Below the pieces are notes generated by a model. It ran no database searches, was not told the origin of the DNA, and was given only the letters and a program-made list of their open reading frames with translations. Below, in pieces: positions 43,284-52,162 of a DNA stretch of 53,648 bases. This DNA is from a virus (taxonomy: Duplodnaviria; Caudoviricetes). The stretch's first letter is position 1, and each line of letters starts with the position of its first letter. The position numbers and the translations under genes are program-made. The stretch covers positions 1-53,648 of the IMG/VR virus record IMGVR_UViG_3300024999_000141; one strand, given 5' to 3'.

Positions 43284-45294
43284 AGGACAGCCGCTGTTGC
43301 TGCTCCAGCGCCGCCTTCATCTTGGCGAGCAGGTCGTCCGAGGCCGCTTTCAGGGCAGCGGCCAGACCGGAGCCCCCGGCCTCGCCGCTGGTCACCGTGA
43401 TCTGAGGGTTGAAGTTGACCGAGAGGGTCTGCGAACGGTCCACCCCGCCGGCGGCAGAGCGCGAGCCGACCCCCGCCAGAGCGCTGCCGATCGGCGCGGC
43501 CGCCTCGCCGCCGAGCATGCCGCGGAGCTTGGCGAGGTTGGGGGCGTCCCCGGTCGGAGCGTTGGCGATCGCCGCAGCGCCGGCGCCGACGGCGGCACTT
43601 CCTACGTTTCCAGCGAGCCTCGCCGCGTCGACGGCGATCCCCACCCCGGGCAGCAGCGACAGCAAGTCGAGCACCCGGCCCAGCACGCCGGCGATGATGG
43701 AGCGGACGACCCCACCCCACTCCTCCCAGATCCCGGTCAGCCAGCCCATGAACGCGGTCCAGTAAGGCTGCAGGACGCCGCCGAGCCAGAGCACGGCGCC
43801 GACCGCGGCCCGCACCGCCCCCCAGGTTGCAGTGCCGAGGATGGCGACGATGGTGCCGAAGATCCGCATGACCTGAATCGCGCCGCGGACAGCGGGCCCG
43901 AACACGATCCAGAGCACCTCGGCCGCCGCGCCGATCACCACCCCCGCCACGGCACCGAACGACCGGACGGCCGCTGTCATCGTCCCCCAGTAGTGGATGA
44001 TCGTCGCCAGGATCAGCGGCACGATCGTCAGCGGGGTGAGCAGCAGGCCGACAACGACCGTCAGCGCCTTCACCGCTGGGCTGGCCTTGGAGAACCAGCC
44101 CACCAGGTCATCCCAGAAGACGACCAGCGCGGCCGTGGCGGCGACCAAGGCCACGATGCCCGCGACGACCCAGACGACCGGGTTGGCCCAGAGCGCAGCG
44201 GCGAACTCCCAGGCAGCGGGCGAGGCCGTCAGAAAGGCCACGCCCAACTTGGACACCGACCCGGTCAACAGCTTGAAGCCCGCACCGGCGAGGATGAGGT
44301 TGTCCCACCCGCCGGCGAGTTCGGCCGCCCGGGTCGTCAGGACCGCGACCCGAATCGCCAGGTCGCGCATCGTCTCCAGCAGAGGGATGATCTTGGGCAG
44401 GGTCTCGACGGCCCACCGGGCGAACCGTTCCGCAAGTTGGCGGACGAGCGCCTGGTTCGTGCGGAGCCAGTCCGCGAGACGGATGAAGAGGTCGGTGAAG
44501 GCCGGCAACAGAGCGGCGCCGAGGATGTTCTTGAGGCCGGCGAGGGTCATCTGCAGGTCGATCAGGCGGTCGCTGAACGCTGCCGCGTCGCGCGCTGTCT
44601 TGCCCGACAGGACGTTCCCCGTGGCGCGCGCCTGCTTGCGCATCTCCTCGAGCCCGGCCGACCCGCCGGCGAGCATCGCGCCCAGCTCACGGGCGCCCCT
44701 GCCCAGAATGGCCTGAGCGGCGGCAGCGCGGCTGGCGGCGTCCGGCATCTTGGCGAGGCGATCGGCGACCAGCTCGAGCGCCCTGTCCGGGCTGACCTTG
44801 CGCAGCAGGGCGAAGTCCAAGCCCAGCGCGGCGAACGCCTTCTGCGCCTGCGCTCCGCCCGCGGCCGCCTGGCCGAGGGTCATGCTCATCTTGTTGATCG
44901 CCACGTCCAGCGCGCCCACCGGCACGCCGCTCAGGGACGCAGCGTACCGCAGCTCCTGCAGGGCCTCGATGGTGATCCCGAGCTTCTGCGCGTCCTCTTC
45001 GGCTGCGTCGGCAGCGTCCGCCGTCGACTTGGCCAGGGCGAACAGGCCACCGCCAGCGGCAGCGGCAGCGGCCCCCAGCCCGGCGGCCATGACGAGGGCT
45101 TCGGTGCCCACGCCCCTAAACGCCGTCCCGATGGCGCCCCACGACTCGAGGGCCTTGCCACGGATCGACAGCTGGTGCGCCTTGCGCTGCAGCTCGGTCA
45201 GCTTCTTGCCGGCCTCGCCGGTCGCGGCGCCGAAACTGGGCGCGAGCAAGCCGCCGATACGGAAGGCCAGCTCGTATGTCCGGCCCTTCGCCAC
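43276..45294 (-). CDS. Tail tape measure protein
   Basis: Long Ala-rich helical protein, LQELRYAA, ANPV membrane segment; position after the chaperone gene. Confidence 0.9.
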   Translation of the reverse strand: MAKGRTYELAFRIGGLLAPSFGAATGEAGKKLTELQRKAHQLSIRGKALESWGAIGTAFRGVGTEALVMAAGLGAAAAAAGGGLFALAKSTADAADAAEEDAQKLGITIEALQELRYAASLSGVPVGALDVAINKMSMTLGQAAAGGAQAQKAFAALGLDFALLRKVSPDRALELVADRLAKMPDAASRAAAAQAILGRGARELGAMLAGGSAGLEEMRKQARATGNVLSGKTARDAAAFSDRLIDLQMTLAGLKNILGAALLPAFTDLFIRLADWLRTNQALVRQLAERFARWAVETLPKIIPLLETMRDLAIRVAVLTTRAAELAGGWDNLILAGAGFKLLTGSVSKLGVAFLTASPAAWEFAAALWANPVVWVVAGIVALVAATAALVVFWDDLVGWFSKASPAVKALTVVVGLLLTPLTIVPLILATIIHYWGTMTAAVRSFGAVAGVVIGAAAEVLWIVFGPAVRGAIQVMRIFGTIVAILGTATWGAVRAAVGAVLWLGGVLQPYWTAFMGWLTGIWEEWGGVVRSIIAGVLGRVLDLLSLLPGVGIAVDAARLAGNVGSAAVGAGAAAIANAPTGDAPNLAKLRGMLGGEAAAPIGSALAGVGSRSAAGGVDRSQTLSVNFNPQITVTSGEAGGSGLAAALKAASDDLLAKMKAALEQQQRLSYG

Positions 45295-45297
45295 GCG

Positions 45298-45477
45298 TTA
45301 CCCCTTACCCGCTGCTGCCTTGATCTCAGCGGCCACGGTCTCGGACCACCTGTCGATCTCGACCAGCGGCAGCGCCAACCAGAAGTCAACGGCGGTGGTA
45401 GTGGCCATCGCGAGGCGCACCGCGGCCTCTCTCAGGAGTCGGTCGACATCGCCTCCGCAGCCGCTTCGAGCAAAAAA
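45298..45477 (-). CDS. C-terminal extension of the tail chaperone (gpE'/GT) reached by -1 frameshift
   Basis: Slippery GTTTTTTG on the minus strand; the -1 frame reads ...TAVDFWLALPLVEIDRW... to TAA at 45298. Confidence 0.75.
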   Translation of the reverse strand, partial: FFARSGCGGDVDRLLREAAVRLAMATTTAVDFWLALPLVEIDRWSETVAAEIKAAAGKG

Positions 45478-45743
45478 CTCTGCACCTCGGTCTTGATGCG
45501 GACGAACACCGGCATGGGCAGCGCCAAGAGCGCCGCCTCGGGCACGCCGGAGCAGAGCGAGGCGATCCCGAGGAGGTACCGGTCGTCCGTCTCGGCGTTC
45601 ATGACCGGGTCTCGCGGGCTCTGCTGCCGGATCTTGCGCGTCACGGCGAGCGAGTCCGCCCCCGTCAACCTCTCGAAGGCGAGGATGATCTGGGTGTAGG
45701 TGACGTCCTCGTAGGTCAGCGGCTTGGACAGCGTGATGATCAT
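45432..45743 (-). CDS. Tail assembly chaperone (gpE-like)
   Basis: ITLSKP...LTGAD...VQSFL; between the tube and tape measure genes. Confidence 0.85.
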   Translation of the reverse strand: MIITLSKPLTYEDVTYTQIILAFERLTGADSLAVTRKIRQQSPRDPVMNAETDDRYLLGIASLCSGVPEAALLALPMPVFVRIKTEVQSFLLEAAAEAMSTDS

Positions 45744-45745
45744 GC

Positions 45746-46267
45746 TCAGAGCCCCAGCGCCGAGCGGGTCGTGGCCAGGTAGTCCACCCCGTCGATGACG
45801 CAGACGAAGTTCAGTGGGTCGATCTCCACCTTCGCCCGCCCGGCGAGAAAGACCTTCAGGTAGCGGAGGCTGAACTCCATGCTCGGCTCCATGGCCGCGG
45901 CGGGGGCCATCGTGCCGAGGGGAGCCGACTTCGGGATGACCCGCATCACGATCTTGACGGGCAGCACGTCGAAGGCGCCCGTGGCCGCGTTGAAGCGCTG
46001 GATCGCGCCGCGCAGCTCGAGGGCGTGGACCTTCGGGGCGGTCAGCTTGAGGGCGCCGTCTTCGGTCACCCGCCACTTCAGCGTCGTGCTCATCGGCCCG
46101 TAGTGACCGACGGTGGGGCTGTCGAGCTCGCCGGCGATCCCCGCGCCCTTGATGCTCTCGCTCAGCGCTTCGAGCGTCGGTAGCTCGACGTCGGCCAGGC
46201 CCAGCTGTCGCAGGTTTTCGGCGTAGACCTCGAAATTGATGAGCTTCTCGCCCACGATGTTCGCCAT
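45746..46267 (-). CDS. Major tail tube protein (P2 FII-like)
   Basis: INFEVY...LGLADVELP...GAGIAGE...EIDPLN...DGVDYL. Confidence 0.93.
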   Translation of the reverse strand: MANIVGEKLINFEVYAENLRQLGLADVELPTLEALSESIKGAGIAGELDSPTVGHYGPMSTTLKWRVTEDGALKLTAPKVHALELRGAIQRFNAATGAFDVLPVKIVMRVIPKSAPLGTMAPAAAMEPSMEFSLRYLKVFLAGRAKVEIDPLNFVCVIDGVDYLATTRSALGL

Positions 46268-46330
46268 CGGAGGTTCTCCTCTCAGCTTGGGGCGGAGCCC
46301 TCGGTCAATGCGTGAGGGTCAGGGCCGGGT

Positions 46331-47809
46331 CTAGGCGAACAGCGCAGCGAGGGCCGTCGCGTCGTACTCGATCAGGAACGTGATGCCCTCGGCCGGCGGC
46401 GGCGGGCTCCAGTAGATCCGGAACGTCGCCTGGCCGTTGAGCAGGTCGGCCGCCGAGTTGTCCGCCTCGGCGAACAGGCACTCGCCCCCGAGGATGGCGC
46501 CCTGCCCCTTCAGGCCGTTGAGGTAGATGTTCGCCGAGTCCACGATCGAGTCGATCAGCCGGCGGTTCATCGCCGCGTCCAGCTGGCTGAAGAAGGTCAG
46601 GACCAACGTGTTGCCGAGCCAGAGGTTCATCCGGCGGATCGGGATGAACACGTCCTTCGGATCGCTGCTCGCCGGGTACCCGGCGGTCCGGTTGCCCCAG
46701 CTGCGCCAGCCGGTGAAGTTCAGCGCGGTGAAGATGCCGGCGGCGTTGAGCACGTTGGCCTGCGTCTGGGTCAGGAAGACCTCGGTGCCATCGTCCAGGC
46801 AGCAGCCATCGATCTGCATCGCCCGGTTGGACGGCGAGACGTAGGGCACCCCGCCGGCGGCCGCGTCGGTCTGGTTGGCCAGGCCGATGAAGTGGCTGGA
46901 CAGGTGGTGCCTGACGCCGCCGATCTCCACCCGGGGCCAGCAGCAGACCAGGCTGTTGGAGGTGTAGCCGTTGCTCGACTTCCAGGCCGCGGCCTCGCTG
47001 TAGTCGGCGATGTCGTAGTCGTCCGTCGAGAGGTCGACGACCGCCAGGGCCTTGAACGCTCCGTTGATGTTGGCGGCGCGGGCGACGACCGCGGCCATGA
47101 CCGCTGCGTCGTGCGACCAGCCGACGGCGGCGACGATGCCGGGGGCCAGCTGCAGCTGCGGGTAGCAGTCCTCGACGCAGTACAGGCCCTTGTTCACCCC
47201 GCCCGCCGTGGTCGTGCCGATGATGTCGGCAGCCACCACCCCGGTCGGGTCGAGCTTGTCGTAGGTGATCTTCGCCCCGGGCAGCGCGCCCGACCCCATC
47301 AGGCCGGCGGCCAGCCGCGTGATCACGGTGTAGCCGTCGTCGTCGTAGGCGAGGGTGTAGTCGTCGTCGACCGTGTAGGTCACGAGGGCGGGCCCCGCCT
47401 CGCCGTTGTCGAGCACCAGGGTCTCGTGGTCGATGCCGAACACCGAGACGGTCTGCGACATCACCGCCGAGAGCCACGCCAGGGTGGCGCGCGCCACCGG
47501 CAGCATGTGGTCCGCATCGTCCGGGTCGAGCACGTTGACGACCACGATCGGGCCGACGCCGTAGTCGAAGTAGACCTTTGCGAACTCGCAGAGGCTGTAG
47601 GCGTAATCCCCGGCCGCCACGATCTCGTTTCCCATCTTCGTGACGAACTCGGCGAAGCTGGAACAGAGCACCGGCTTGTTGACGTTGGTCCGGTCCCCGA
47701 GCACGACCGGCGAAATCCCGACGACGAGCGGGAGCCCGGCCATCGCCTCGATCGGCGGGCGGACGGAGGTGGGCACCTCCGAGGTGTAGACGCCGTGTGC
47801 GAGGGTCAT
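46331..47809 (-). CDS. Tail sheath protein
   Basis: HGVYTSE, SPSN, WGNRTA, FIPIRR and PPPAE motifs. Confidence 0.95.
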   Translation of the reverse strand: MTLAHGVYTSEVPTSVRPPIEAMAGLPLVVGISPVVLGDRTNVNKPVLCSSFAEFVTKMGNEIVAAGDYAYSLCEFAKVYFDYGVGPIVVVNVLDPDDADHMLPVARATLAWLSAVMSQTVSVFGIDHETLVLDNGEAGPALVTYTVDDDYTLAYDDDGYTVITRLAAGLMGSGALPGAKITYDKLDPTGVVAADIIGTTTAGGVNKGLYCVEDCYPQLQLAPGIVAAVGWSHDAAVMAAVVARAANINGAFKALAVVDLSTDDYDIADYSEAAAWKSSNGYTSNSLVCCWPRVEIGGVRHHLSSHFIGLANQTDAAAGGVPYVSPSNRAMQIDGCCLDDGTEVFLTQTQANVLNAAGIFTALNFTGWRSWGNRTAGYPASSDPKDVFIPIRRMNLWLGNTLVLTFFSQLDAAMNRRLIDSIVDSANIYLNGLKGQGAILGGECLFAEADNSAADLLNGQATFRIYWSPPPPAEGITFLIEYDATALAALFA

Positions 47810-48255
47810 TCGGTCTCTCCAGTCCACGGGGCGCTCGGTTGCGTCCAGGTCGTCGTCATCTCGGCCGCCCACTGCGGCAGCGGCTGCTCGTCGTAGATCG
47901 TCCAGGTCAGTGGCTTCTCCAAGCAGAACGGCCCGAGGGTCCGGGTCAGGTCGAAGCTGGTCATGACCCGCTGGATCACATTGCCCAGGTCCTGCCATCC
48001 CTCGACGGACTCAGAGAACGTCCCGAACAACAGCTTGACGACCACCCGTGCACCGTCCTCGGCATCGGTCCCGGTGGCCGGGCGGACGACCAGGAAGGGG
48101 AAGTCGTTCTGATCCGTCGACCGCTTCGGCGGTAGCCAGCCCGCAACGAGCACCGGGGGTCGCTGCGCAGTGCCGTCGCAGGTCTCCAGGCGCAGCTCGG
48201 CGACGACCGTCGTCAGGTGCTCTGCCAGCCGACGGACCAGGTCGTTGATGGTCAT
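47806..48255 (-). CDS. Putative tail terminator/completion protein
   Basis: FPFLVVR motif; synteny. Confidence 0.65.
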   Translation of the reverse strand: MTINDLVRRLAEHLTTVVAELRLETCDGTAQRPPVLVAGWLPPKRSTDQNDFPFLVVRPATGTDAEDGARVVVKLLFGTFSESVEGWQDLGNVIQRVMTSFDLTRTLGPFCLEKPLTWTIYDEQPLPQWAAEMTTTWTQPSAPWTGETE

Positions 48256-48833
48256 CGACCGGCCGCCTTACCTGCCGCGTCGATCGCGCGGCCGATGTCG
48301 TGGTCCAGACGGGCGTCGAGGCGCTGCTGGGCCACGGCCTCGACGTGACGCTTGACCGACTCCACGCCGAGCAGCTGCGGCACGGCCGGCCCGTAGTGCA
48401 CCTCGATGGGCATCCGTTTCTTCCCGGTGCGGCTGGCCACGTGCAGGCCGGCCGGACCGAGCCGGACGATGAACGCCCCCTTCAGCGGCTTGCGCCCGCC
48501 GGACCGCTTTACCCCGACCCGCAGCGTCGGCTTCCCTGCGCCGCCAGTGCCGGCAGCGGCCGGGCGGGGAGCGTACTGGAACAGCGACGGCCGCCGCTCG
48601 ACGCTGCGCACCTCGGCCGTCAGCTGCGCCGCCGTTGCCCGTCGCAGGGTCATGGTCTTCTTGACGCGCTCCGAGCTGACCCGGTACTCGCCCCGAACGG
48701 CCTTCGATGCCGCGGTGCGAGCCCCTTCGATCGCCCGGTTCATCGCCGAGGCCATGACCTTCTGCGCCTCACCCGGCAGGTGCTCGAGCAGCTTCACCGC
48801 CCGCTTGATCTGCTCGTCGGTGAGGGAGATCAC
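48252..48833 (-). CDS. Minor tail protein Z-like
   Basis: AMNR, GAFI and R.PIE..YGPAVPQ motifs; basic protein. Confidence 0.8.
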   Translation of the reverse strand: MISLTDEQIKRAVKLLEHLPGEAQKVMASAMNRAIEGARTAASKAVRGEYRVSSERVKKTMTLRRATAAQLTAEVRSVERRPSLFQYAPRPAAAGTGGAGKPTLRVGVKRSGGRKPLKGAFIVRLGPAGLHVASRTGKKRMPIEVHYGPAVPQLLGVESVKRHVEAVAQQRLDARLDHDIGRAIDAAGKAAGR

Positions 48834-48834
48834 G

Positions 48835-49167
48835 TCAGGTCTCCTGCCGCTCGAGCGTTAGCTCAAGCATCCCCTCGGCCTCGGACACCTGCCGCACGTA
48901 CCAGCGCACGATGGCCGGGGCGGTCCCGATCGCCAGCCGCTGACCCTCCACCGGCCGCGGGATGAGCCCCGAGGCCAGGTGGAGGATCGTGCGGGAGGTG
49001 AACACGCCGTCGATCTGCGGCGGCCCCTGCGTCCGTTCGATGGTGAGGTCGTCGTCCCGGACCGCTGTCACGGTGACGCCGTCCACGACCAGCTCCTCCC
49101 CGAAGGCCTCGGGGTCCAGGAAGACCCCGGCGACGTCGAGGGCGAGCTGGTCGCGGAAGGCGGTCAT
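48835..49167 (-). CDS. Head-tail joining protein
   Basis: FRDQLALDV..VFLDPEAFGE...EGMLELTL. Confidence 0.75.
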   Translation of the reverse strand: MTAFRDQLALDVAGVFLDPEAFGEELVVDGVTVTAVRDDDLTIERTQGPPQIDGVFTSRTILHLASGLIPRPVEGQRLAIGTAPAIVRWYVRQVSEAEGMLELTLERQET

Positions 49168-49183
49168 CAGTCACCCCACCGAG

Positions 49184-50248
49184 CTAGGAGAGGACGGTGG
49201 CCCGCAGGAACCCGTTGACCTGCGTCGGAATCGGCAGCGGCCGGGCGCTGACCTTCAGGAAGCGGCCCGCCGGCTCCTTCTGGGTCCAGCTCTGCGGCAC
49301 GCGGGCCCCGGCGACGAGGCTGATCTTCGCCGCGGCGCCTTCGCCCTCGGCCACCGGCACCGCGCCGTAGGCCATCTCGGTCTGCGCCCGGGTGGAACCG
49401 ATGACGACCTCCTTGTCGGGGATCATCGGCTGCTCGCCGGTGATGACCGACTCGGGATCGATGAACCACTCGTCGTAGGCCCAGAGGTCCATGCCGGTGC
49501 CGGCGAGGCGCCCGAGGTAGGTGGCGCCCTTCACCTCGTCGAAGATCGGGGCGATGATCCCCATCTCCATGCGCCGGGTGTCCAGCTGGGTCCGGAGGGT
49601 GGAGTCCGACAGGAGGGCGTCGGCGGCCAGCCGGCCGAGGATTGCCACGTCGGGGGCGAGCCCGCAGCGCTGCACGACCGTCCGCGACCAGGTCCGCAGG
49701 TCCTTGACGATCGCGGCGTTGGCCCCGTCCCAGCGCAGATTCGCCGCGGGGAGGGCGATCGTGTTGCCGGCGTTGCGGCCGAAGTCGAGGGTGGCGTTGA
49801 CGCCGGGGCCCACGATGGCGATGGTGCCGAGCCGTGCGGCCTGCACGCACATCCACTCCTCCCGGCGGGCGATCATGTCGTCGAGCTCGCCGAGGTCCTT
49901 GCCGAGCTTGGCCGCGCCGCGCTCGTCGGGGCTCATCCCCCCGTAGAGCGCTTCGCCGGGCTGGCGCTGCTGCAGGTTCTCCGCCGTGGTGACCTTCTTG
50001 GGCTGGACCAGCGGCGGGGTGAACGAACGGGTCGTGTAGCCGACGTCGTCGACCACCTGGCCCGCCAGCTTCGGGTTGGAGAACGGGGCCATCAGGCGCA
50101 CCCGGGTCTCCACGTCGAAGTCGACGTGCTCGGTGTCGTAGGTCTGCGGGGCGCCGCCGAAGAACAGGGTCTTCACGAGCCCCTTGGGGCCCTTGCGCTC
50201 GAGGAGCATCTTCCCCATCGTCCGGGGCTCGAACAGGTCGATGGCCAT
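49184..50248 (-). CDS. Major capsid protein (lambda gpE family)
   Basis: MAPF, IARREEWM, YGA and PLPIP motifs. Confidence 0.95.
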   Translation of the reverse strand: MAIDLFEPRTMGKMLLERKGPKGLVKTLFFGGAPQTYDTEHVDFDVETRVRLMAPFSNPKLAGQVVDDVGYTTRSFTPPLVQPKKVTTAENLQQRQPGEALYGGMSPDERGAAKLGKDLGELDDMIARREEWMCVQAARLGTIAIVGPGVNATLDFGRNAGNTIALPAANLRWDGANAAIVKDLRTWSRTVVQRCGLAPDVAILGRLAADALLSDSTLRTQLDTRRMEMGIIAPIFDEVKGATYLGRLAGTGMDLWAYDEWFIDPESVITGEQPMIPDKEVVIGSTRAQTEMAYGAVPVAEGEGAAAKISLVAGARVPQSWTQKEPAGRFLKVSARPLPIPTQVNGFLRATVLS

Positions 50249-50317
50249 CTCAGCCTCCCATCGTGAGCGGGCCGCCGGCCCGTGTGTTCTCTCGTCTCTG
50301 CGCTACGGGCCGCCGGT

Positions 50318-50968
50318 TCAGACGGCGACGTTGGTCCGGAACAGGATCCCCAGGTCCCGGGCCTGGTCGCGGAAGTCGTCGGCGGAGTCGCCGGGGGCGA
50401 AGGTCAGGGCTGCCTCGCTGAACTCGCCGCCGAGGTAGACGGGGCACGCCGCCGCGGCCAGCGACGCATCGGTGTCCTCGGCCAGGACCCCGTAGATGTC
50501 CTCGGTCCCGTCGACGTTGGCGGTGTCCGCGAGCTTGACCTCGCGCGACCCGGCCTCGACCGCGACGGTGAAGAGGTCACCGGCGGCGAAGTCCGTGCCG
50601 TAGGTGGTGATCTCGAACTCGATGGGACCGGTGTAGGGAGCATCGGACACCGCATCCGCCAGCCGGATCCCGTCCGGGTCGACCACGGAGAAGTTCGTCA
50701 CGCCCCCGGGCAGGGCCGACGCCGCCAGGCAGGTCAGGACGTAGGTGCCGATCTTGCTCTTCGGGCCGAGGGCTTCCCCGGCGATCGTGCCCTCGCCGGT
50801 GTTGCCGGGGTCGGCGGTCGCCGCTCCGATGATGCGCAGAACCTTCCCGAGCACGGTGCCGCGGATCAGGTTCTGGAGCAGCTCCAGCGTCTCGCCGTTG
50901 GAGGGGACCGGCAGCACGGCTCCGCCGAACAGGTTGTCCGCGGTGAACGATTCGGTCGAGCTGGACAT
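50318..50968 (-). CDS. Head decoration protein (gpD-like) with internal insertion
   Basis: RGTVLG...GVLAED...Y.GGEF; 216 aa. Confidence 0.82.
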   Translation of the reverse strand: MSSSTESFTADNLFGGAVLPVPSNGETLELLQNLIRGTVLGKVLRIIGAATADPGNTGEGTIAGEALGPKSKIGTYVLTCLAASALPGGVTNFSVVDPDGIRLADAVSDAPYTGPIEFEITTYGTDFAAGDLFTVAVEAGSREVKLADTANVDGTEDIYGVLAEDTDASLAAAACPVYLGGEFSEAALTFAPGDSADDFRDQARDLGILFRTNVAV

Positions 50969-51040
50969 CGTAATCCTCCCGTTGGAGCCAGCCTCGGCCC
51001 CTGATCATCTTCTGGACTGAACTGGTGGTCGGGCCGAGCC

Positions 51041-52159
51041 CTACTTGCGCCTGGTCGACCCCGCTTCCGCACCGATCTTCACCAGGCGGTTCCGCTCGGC
51101 GTCGTCCGCCGTGGACACCAGGGACGGCGGCATCCCGCCGGCCGGCACCACCGCGCCTGCGGCATCCGTCGCGGCGTCGGCGAGGTACTTGCCGCGCTTC
51201 TCGCGCTCCGCTTTGACGGTGGCCATGGCGAAGGCCTCGGGCGTCATCGGCTCGGCGCCGTACTTCGCCTCCGCGAGCAGCTCGCCCTGGCCGGGCAGCG
51301 CGAGGGCATCCAGGCTCTGCAGCCGCTGGCGCTCGGCGACGATCCCGGCGGCCTTGCCCTCATCGAGCAGGGCGGCCAGCAGAGGGAGGGCCTCGCTGGC
51401 GAGCAGGTCGCGGGTCAGCGGCTGGGGAACGGCGGCGACCGAAGCCGGCGGGGCCTCCACGGGCGGAGCGGGCGGTGGCTCGACGACCGCAGGCGGCGCC
51501 AGCATGGCCGCCACCCGAGGCCGGAACTGCTCGGGGATCTCACCGAGGCGGTCGACGCTGGACTCGCGCAGCGACGCGGTCACCGAGACGCCGCTGACGA
51601 CCTCGTGGGCGAAGCCGTCGGCCACGGCCTGGGCCGCGTCCATCCAGGTCTCGGCGTCGAGCATGGCGCCCAGTTCCTCGACCGACTTGCCGTTGATCCA
51701 CCGGTAGGTGGCGATGATGCTGTTCCTGACGGTGTCCAGCATGTCCGCCGCTTTCCGCAGGTCTGCGGCGCAGCCACGGCCGCCCATCCGGGGGTTGTGG
51801 ATCATCATCAGGGCGTTGTCGGCGACCCGGATCGGGTTCCCGGCGCAGGTGATGATGGTCGCCGCCGACGCCGCCACGCCTTCGATCAGCACCTCGACCG
51901 TCCGGCCCTTCTCTTCGCGCTGGGCCTTCAGTCGGTTGGCGATCGTCAGGGCATCCCAGACGTCCCCGCCCGGGCTGTTGACGTGGACCCGGATGGTCTT
52001 CACGCCGGGCGGCAGCGCGTCGAGCTCGTCGATGAACGACTTCGCCGAGACGGTCGGCTCGCCGCAGAAGCTGGGGCCGATCTCGTCATAGATGTTGACG
52101 TCGGCCGTGAGCCCATCGGCGAGCGCTTGGAACCGGTACCATTGCCGCGGCTTCTTCAT
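51041..52159 (-). CDS. ClpP-type head maturation protease with scaffold extension
   Basis: VNSPGGDV, GVAASAAT, MMIHNP and ETWMDA motifs. Confidence 0.93.
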   Translation of the reverse strand: MKKPRQWYRFQALADGLTADVNIYDEIGPSFCGEPTVSAKSFIDELDALPPGVKTIRVHVNSPGGDVWDALTIANRLKAQREEKGRTVEVLIEGVAASAATIITCAGNPIRVADNALMMIHNPRMGGRGCAADLRKAADMLDTVRNSIIATYRWINGKSVEELGAMLDAETWMDAAQAVADGFAHEVVSGVSVTASLRESSVDRLGEIPEQFRPRVAAMLAPPAVVEPPPAPPVEAPPASVAAVPQPLTRDLLASEALPLLAALLDEGKAAGIVAERQRLQSLDALALPGQGELLAEAKYGAEPMTPEAFAMATVKAEREKRGKYLADAATDAAGAVVPAGGMPPSLVSTADDAERNRLVKIGAEAGSTRRK

Positions 52160-52162
52160 CAC

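Noticed and set aside
43252-45699. Long plus-strand ORF of 815 aa and similar antisense ORFs throughout (e.g. 26687-28477, 35701-37566, 18518-20371)
   Set aside because: Shadow ORFs of high-GC genes on the opposite strand, with no recognisable motifs
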